Below are positions 60,492 to 64,000 of a DNA stretch of 64,000 bases, piece by piece (the first letter of the stretch is position 1; each line of letters starts with the position of its first letter). A program made the position numbers and the translations under genes. Source of the stretch: Okamejei kenojei (Eukaryota); contig CM069146.1 of the NCBI GenBank assembly GCA_035221665.1, positions 43,648,001 through 43,712,000 on the forward strand, given 5' to 3'. Below the pieces are notes generated by a model that searched no databases, was not told the DNA's origin, and saw only the letters and a list, made by a program, of their open reading frames with translations.

Positions 60492-60690
60492 TTCTCTCTC
60501 TCTCTCTCTCTCTCTCTCACCTTCTCTTTCTCTCTTGTCGTCTCTCACCTTCTCTCGCCGTCTCCCTCACTCTCGCCATCTTTTTCTCTCTCACTGTCTC
60601 CCTCTCCATCTCAATTGTTGTTTTTTCTCTCTCTAGCCTTCACTTTCTCTTTCTCTCGCCTTCTCCCTCTCTTTCTTTGCCTTTCAATCT
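60492..60690. repeat. (CT)n microsatellite grading into a CT-rich degenerate minisatellite
   Basis: (ct)n at 60494-60518 followed by recurring ctctcgcc.tctccctc units. Confidence 0.9.
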
Positions 60691-60726
60691 CCTCAAGATC
60701 AGAAACTACCTAGAGTAAAAACTATA

Positions 60727-60946
60727 GGGCGGCACAGTGGAACTGTGGTTGAGTTGCTGCCTTACAGCGCCAGAAATCCTGGAGCTGTCTGTGCGGAGAC
60801 TCCTACACTCTAAATACATACAGGTTTGTAGGTTAATTGGCTTTAGTAAAATTGTAAATTGTCCCCAATGTGTAGGGTAATGCTCGTGTATGGCGTGATC
60901 ACTGGTCGGTGGGCCAAAGTGCCTGTTCTGTGTTGTATCTCTAAAG
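60727..60946 (+). mobile_element. V-SINE, internally deleted
   Basis: gggcggcacagtgg head; ggtttgtaggttaattggc core; tail tgtatctctaaa. Confidence 0.85.
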
Positions 60947-61287
60947 TCAGATATAAGGAAGGTAAAGGCTGAGTAGGATTCCACTGGTTACAATGTTAAG
61001 TGAGAATCACTAGTTTCAATAATCAACCTGTTTCTTGTTGTAATGTAATGACATAGCATGCATCTTACTGCTTTATCTCATGAACTACAATTCGCATCAT
61101 CTTGCTTTAATTGATGCAGCTGCAGAAATTATTAGTAATAATTGCAATACTGAAAAAAGCACTTTCAATTTAAAGGTGCATGGCCTATTATATGGCATTA
61201 ACTAGATTTTGTGATTTGAAATTAGTTCAAGACTTAATCAAAACAATTTAGATTGTTTATCTTGCGTGTCTCTCTCCCTCACACAAT

Positions 61288-61580
61288 GGCGGCACAGGGC
61301 ACAGTGGCACAGCTGGTAGAGACCTGGGCTCAACCCTGACCTCAGCTGTTGTCTGTGTGGAGTTGGCACATTCTCTGTGGCCGCATGAGTTTCCTCAGGG
61401 TGCTCCTGTTCCTCCCCACATTCCAAACATCTGTGGGTCTATAGGTTAATTGGCCTCTGTAAATTGCCCCTTGTGTGTAATACATGAGAGAGAAGGATAA
61501 CACACAATTAGTGTGAACAACTGATTGGTGGTAGGAGTGGACTCAAAGGGCCTGTTTCCAAGCTGTATCTTTAAACTAAT
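61288..61580 (+). mobile_element. V-SINE
   Basis: ggcacagtggcacagctggtagag head, V-domain, tail aagggcctgtttcca.gctgtatct. Confidence 0.85.
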
Positions 61581-62249
61581 TGTTGAAGAAGGCTGAATTT
61601 GCTGATCAAATTATTTTAATTATATTCTTGCTGCAATTTCATTCAGATAAACATTCATCAGAATTTGGAAGTACTCTTGCAGATTTGGACTATCAAATAA
61701 TCCTTTATACCCAAAAAGTAGCTTAGGAAAGTGCAATTCTTTACTTCTTGTATAATTTTCCCATGGTCATAACATAGAGAAATACAGAAAATAGATGCAG
61801 GAGTGAATCATTTCACACTTCCAGCTCCCGCTTTCAATATTATCCATGGTTGATCTAGCTTCCTTTTGATTGCTCATGCCCTGAGAATAAAACGTCCCAC
61901 TCTTTCTTGAATACATTTCATATATATTGGGCTATGAAAAAGAATGGAAACTGTATAGTGATTTTTCATACTACTTTAAATATGCTGTAAATTATGCATT
62001 AAAATATGAATGTTTTCCATTGACAGCAGCATTATTTTCAGTCAAATGTATTGGTGCAGAATTTGCAATCTGCCTGTGTCGTCTCTGAGTGGCAAATAAA
62101 GTTGCTATTTAATTTGCACAGTTCATTCAATGAGAATACATGGAGAGCTGTCAGCAAACCTTTACAGCAAGGCCCTATCTGAAAACAGGGCCTTGTGTAT
62201 GCAGGTTCTCTCTCATGGGAGGAGGGTGCCAGAACAAGCCTTATCCTAA

Positions 62250-62415
62250 GATAGACAGAAAATGTTGGAGTAATTCAGCGGGACAGGCAGCATCTCTGGA
62301 GAGAAGAAATGGGTGACATTTTGGGTTGAAATCCTTCTTCAGACTATCAGGGGAGAGAGAAGCTAGAAATATTGTATGGTAAGGTGTGAAAACGACAGAT
62401 CAAAGCAGATGAAGA
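62250..62415 (-). mobile_element. Penelope terminal repeat fragment with a degenerate hammerhead core
   Basis: ggagtaattcagcgggacaggcagcatctctggagag..gggtgacattttgggttgaaatccttcttcagact. Confidence 0.8.
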
Positions 62416-62578
62416 TTTGAATTGCTTACAAAACTGCATCTGATTTTTCAGTTGGAAATATCTGAGTGTTAAATGAATAATTTAGAAACATGGAATAAAA
62501 CACAATAAAAAAATTAAAAGCATAATATGCCATTCCTGATCATGCTCGTCCAGTAAAATCATCGGAGCAGCTATCGTG

Positions 62579-62678
62579 GGGGCGGCACAGTGGTGCAACT
62601 GGTAGGTCCGCTGTCTCACAATGTCAGAGAAGTGGGTTCAATCCTGACCTTGGGTGCAGTCTGAGTGGAGTTTGCACG
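62579..62678 (+). mobile_element. V-SINE head, truncated by the CR1 that follows
   Basis: ggggcggcacagtggtgcaactggtag A-box, gggttcaatcc B-box, ggagtttgcacgt. Confidence 0.85.
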
Positions 62679-64000
62679 TGGTATAATGGGTGACTTCAAT
62701 CTACATATAGATTGGGTGAATCAAATTGGCAGGGATGCTGAGGAAGAGGATTTCTTGGAATGTATGCGGGATAGTTTTCCAAACCAACATGTGGAGGAAC
62801 CAACGAGAGAGCAGGCTATTCCAGACTGGATATTGAGTAATGAGGAAGGGTTAGTTAGCAGCCTTGTTGTATGTGGCCCCTTGGGAAGAGTGACCATAAT
62901 ATGGTTGAGTTCTTCATTAGGATGGAGAGCGACATTGTTAATTCAGAAACACGGGTCCTGAACTTAAAGAAAGGTAACTTTGAGGGTATGAGATGTGAAT
63001 TGGCCAAGATCGACTGGCAATTGATTCTTGAAGGGTTGACGGTGGATATGCAATGGAAGGCATTTAAAGACTGCATGGATGAACTACAACAATTGTTCAT
63101 CCCAGTATGGCAAAAGAATAAATCAGGGAAGGTGGCGCATCCGTGGATAACGAGGGAAATCAGGGATAGTATCAAAGAAAAAGATGAAGCGTACAAATTA
63201 GCCAGAAAAAGCAGCCTACCAGAGGACTGGGAGAAATTCAGAGACCAACAGAGGAGGACAAAGGGCTTAAGGAAAGGGAAAATGGAGTATGAAAGAAAAC
63301 TGGCAGGAAACATAAAAACTGACTGCAAAAGTTTTTATCGATATGTGAAGTGCAAAAGATTAGTTAAAACAAATGTAGGTCCCTTGCAGTCAGAAATGGG
63401 TGAATTGATCATGGGGAACAAGGACATGGCAGACCAATTGAATAACTACTTTGGTTCTGTCTTCACTAAGGAAGACATAAATAATTTGCCGGAAATAGCA
63501 GGGGATCGCGGGTCAAATGAGATGGAGGAAATGAGTGAAATCCAGGTTAGCCGGAAAGTGGTGTTGGGTAAATTGAATGGATTAAAGGCCGATAAATCCC
63601 CAGGGCCAGATAGGCTGCATCCCAGGGTACTTAAGGAAGTAGCCCCAGAAATAACAGATGCCTTAGTGATAATTTTTCAAAACTCTTTAGATTCTGGAGT
63701 AGTTCCTGAGGATTGGAGGGTAGCTAATGTAACCCCACTTTTTAAAAAGGGAGGGAGAGAGAAAACAGGGAATTACAGACCAGTGAGTCTAACATCGGTA
63801 GTGGGGAAACTGCTAGAGTCAATTATTAAAGATGGTTTAGCAGAGCATTTGGAAAGTGGTGAAATCATTGGACAAAGTCAGCATGGATTTACGAAGGGTA
63901 AATCATGTCTGACGAATCTTATTGAATTTTTTGAGGATGTAACTAGTAGAGTGGATAAGGGAGAAGCAGTGGATGTGTTGTATCTGGACTTTCAGAAGGC
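62679..64000 (+). mobile_element. Young 5'-truncated CR1 LINE ORF2 (end of APE endonuclease, linker, start of RT), runs off the window
   Basis: IMGDFN..PTRE..SDH (one frameshift at about 62885), then an open frame to the window end: KSPGPDRLHPRVLKE..PEDWRVANVTPLFKKG..NYRPVSLTSVVGKLLE..QHGFTKGKSCLTNL..YLDFQK. Confidence 0.97.

Noticed and set aside
62579-62655. tRNA-like A/B boxes here and at other SINE heads
   Set aside because: They are followed by the V-SINE core and lack a full cloverleaf, so they are SINE heads, not tRNA genes.
1-64000. CRISPR arrays, operons, rRNA or prokaryotic defence systems
   Set aside because: The sequence is vertebrate-type repeat-rich DNA; no regularly spaced repeats, gene-dense segments or rRNA motifs were seen.

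Overview
Eukaryotic, AT-rich, repeat-dense non-coding DNA. The repeat set (V-domain tRNA-SINEs sharing tails with CR1/HER1-type LINEs, Penelope-like elements, Rex1/Babar, Tc1, hAT and Harbinger MITEs) points to a cartilaginous fish, probably a skate or ray; this is an inference. No intact host gene is visible, and nearly all listed ORFs are transposon fragments or spurious. Main points: (1) a TDP2-like first exon (UBA domain, strong Kozak ATG, GTAAGT donor) lies inside a twice-repeated element with a DNA-transposon-like end, which suggests host-exon capture; (2) two near-complete Tc1 (DD34E) copies lie tail-to-tail and share the same nonsense mutation; (3) many Penelope-derived minimal hammerhead-ribozyme cores occur on both strands; (4) two divergent GC-rich non-autonomous retroelements share a hairpin with compensatory base changes; (5) a CR1 insert is full of indels but has almost no substitutions, probably an assembly artefact. 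Boundaries of decayed repeats are approximate (about 10-30 bp), and family names come from motif recognition, not database searches.
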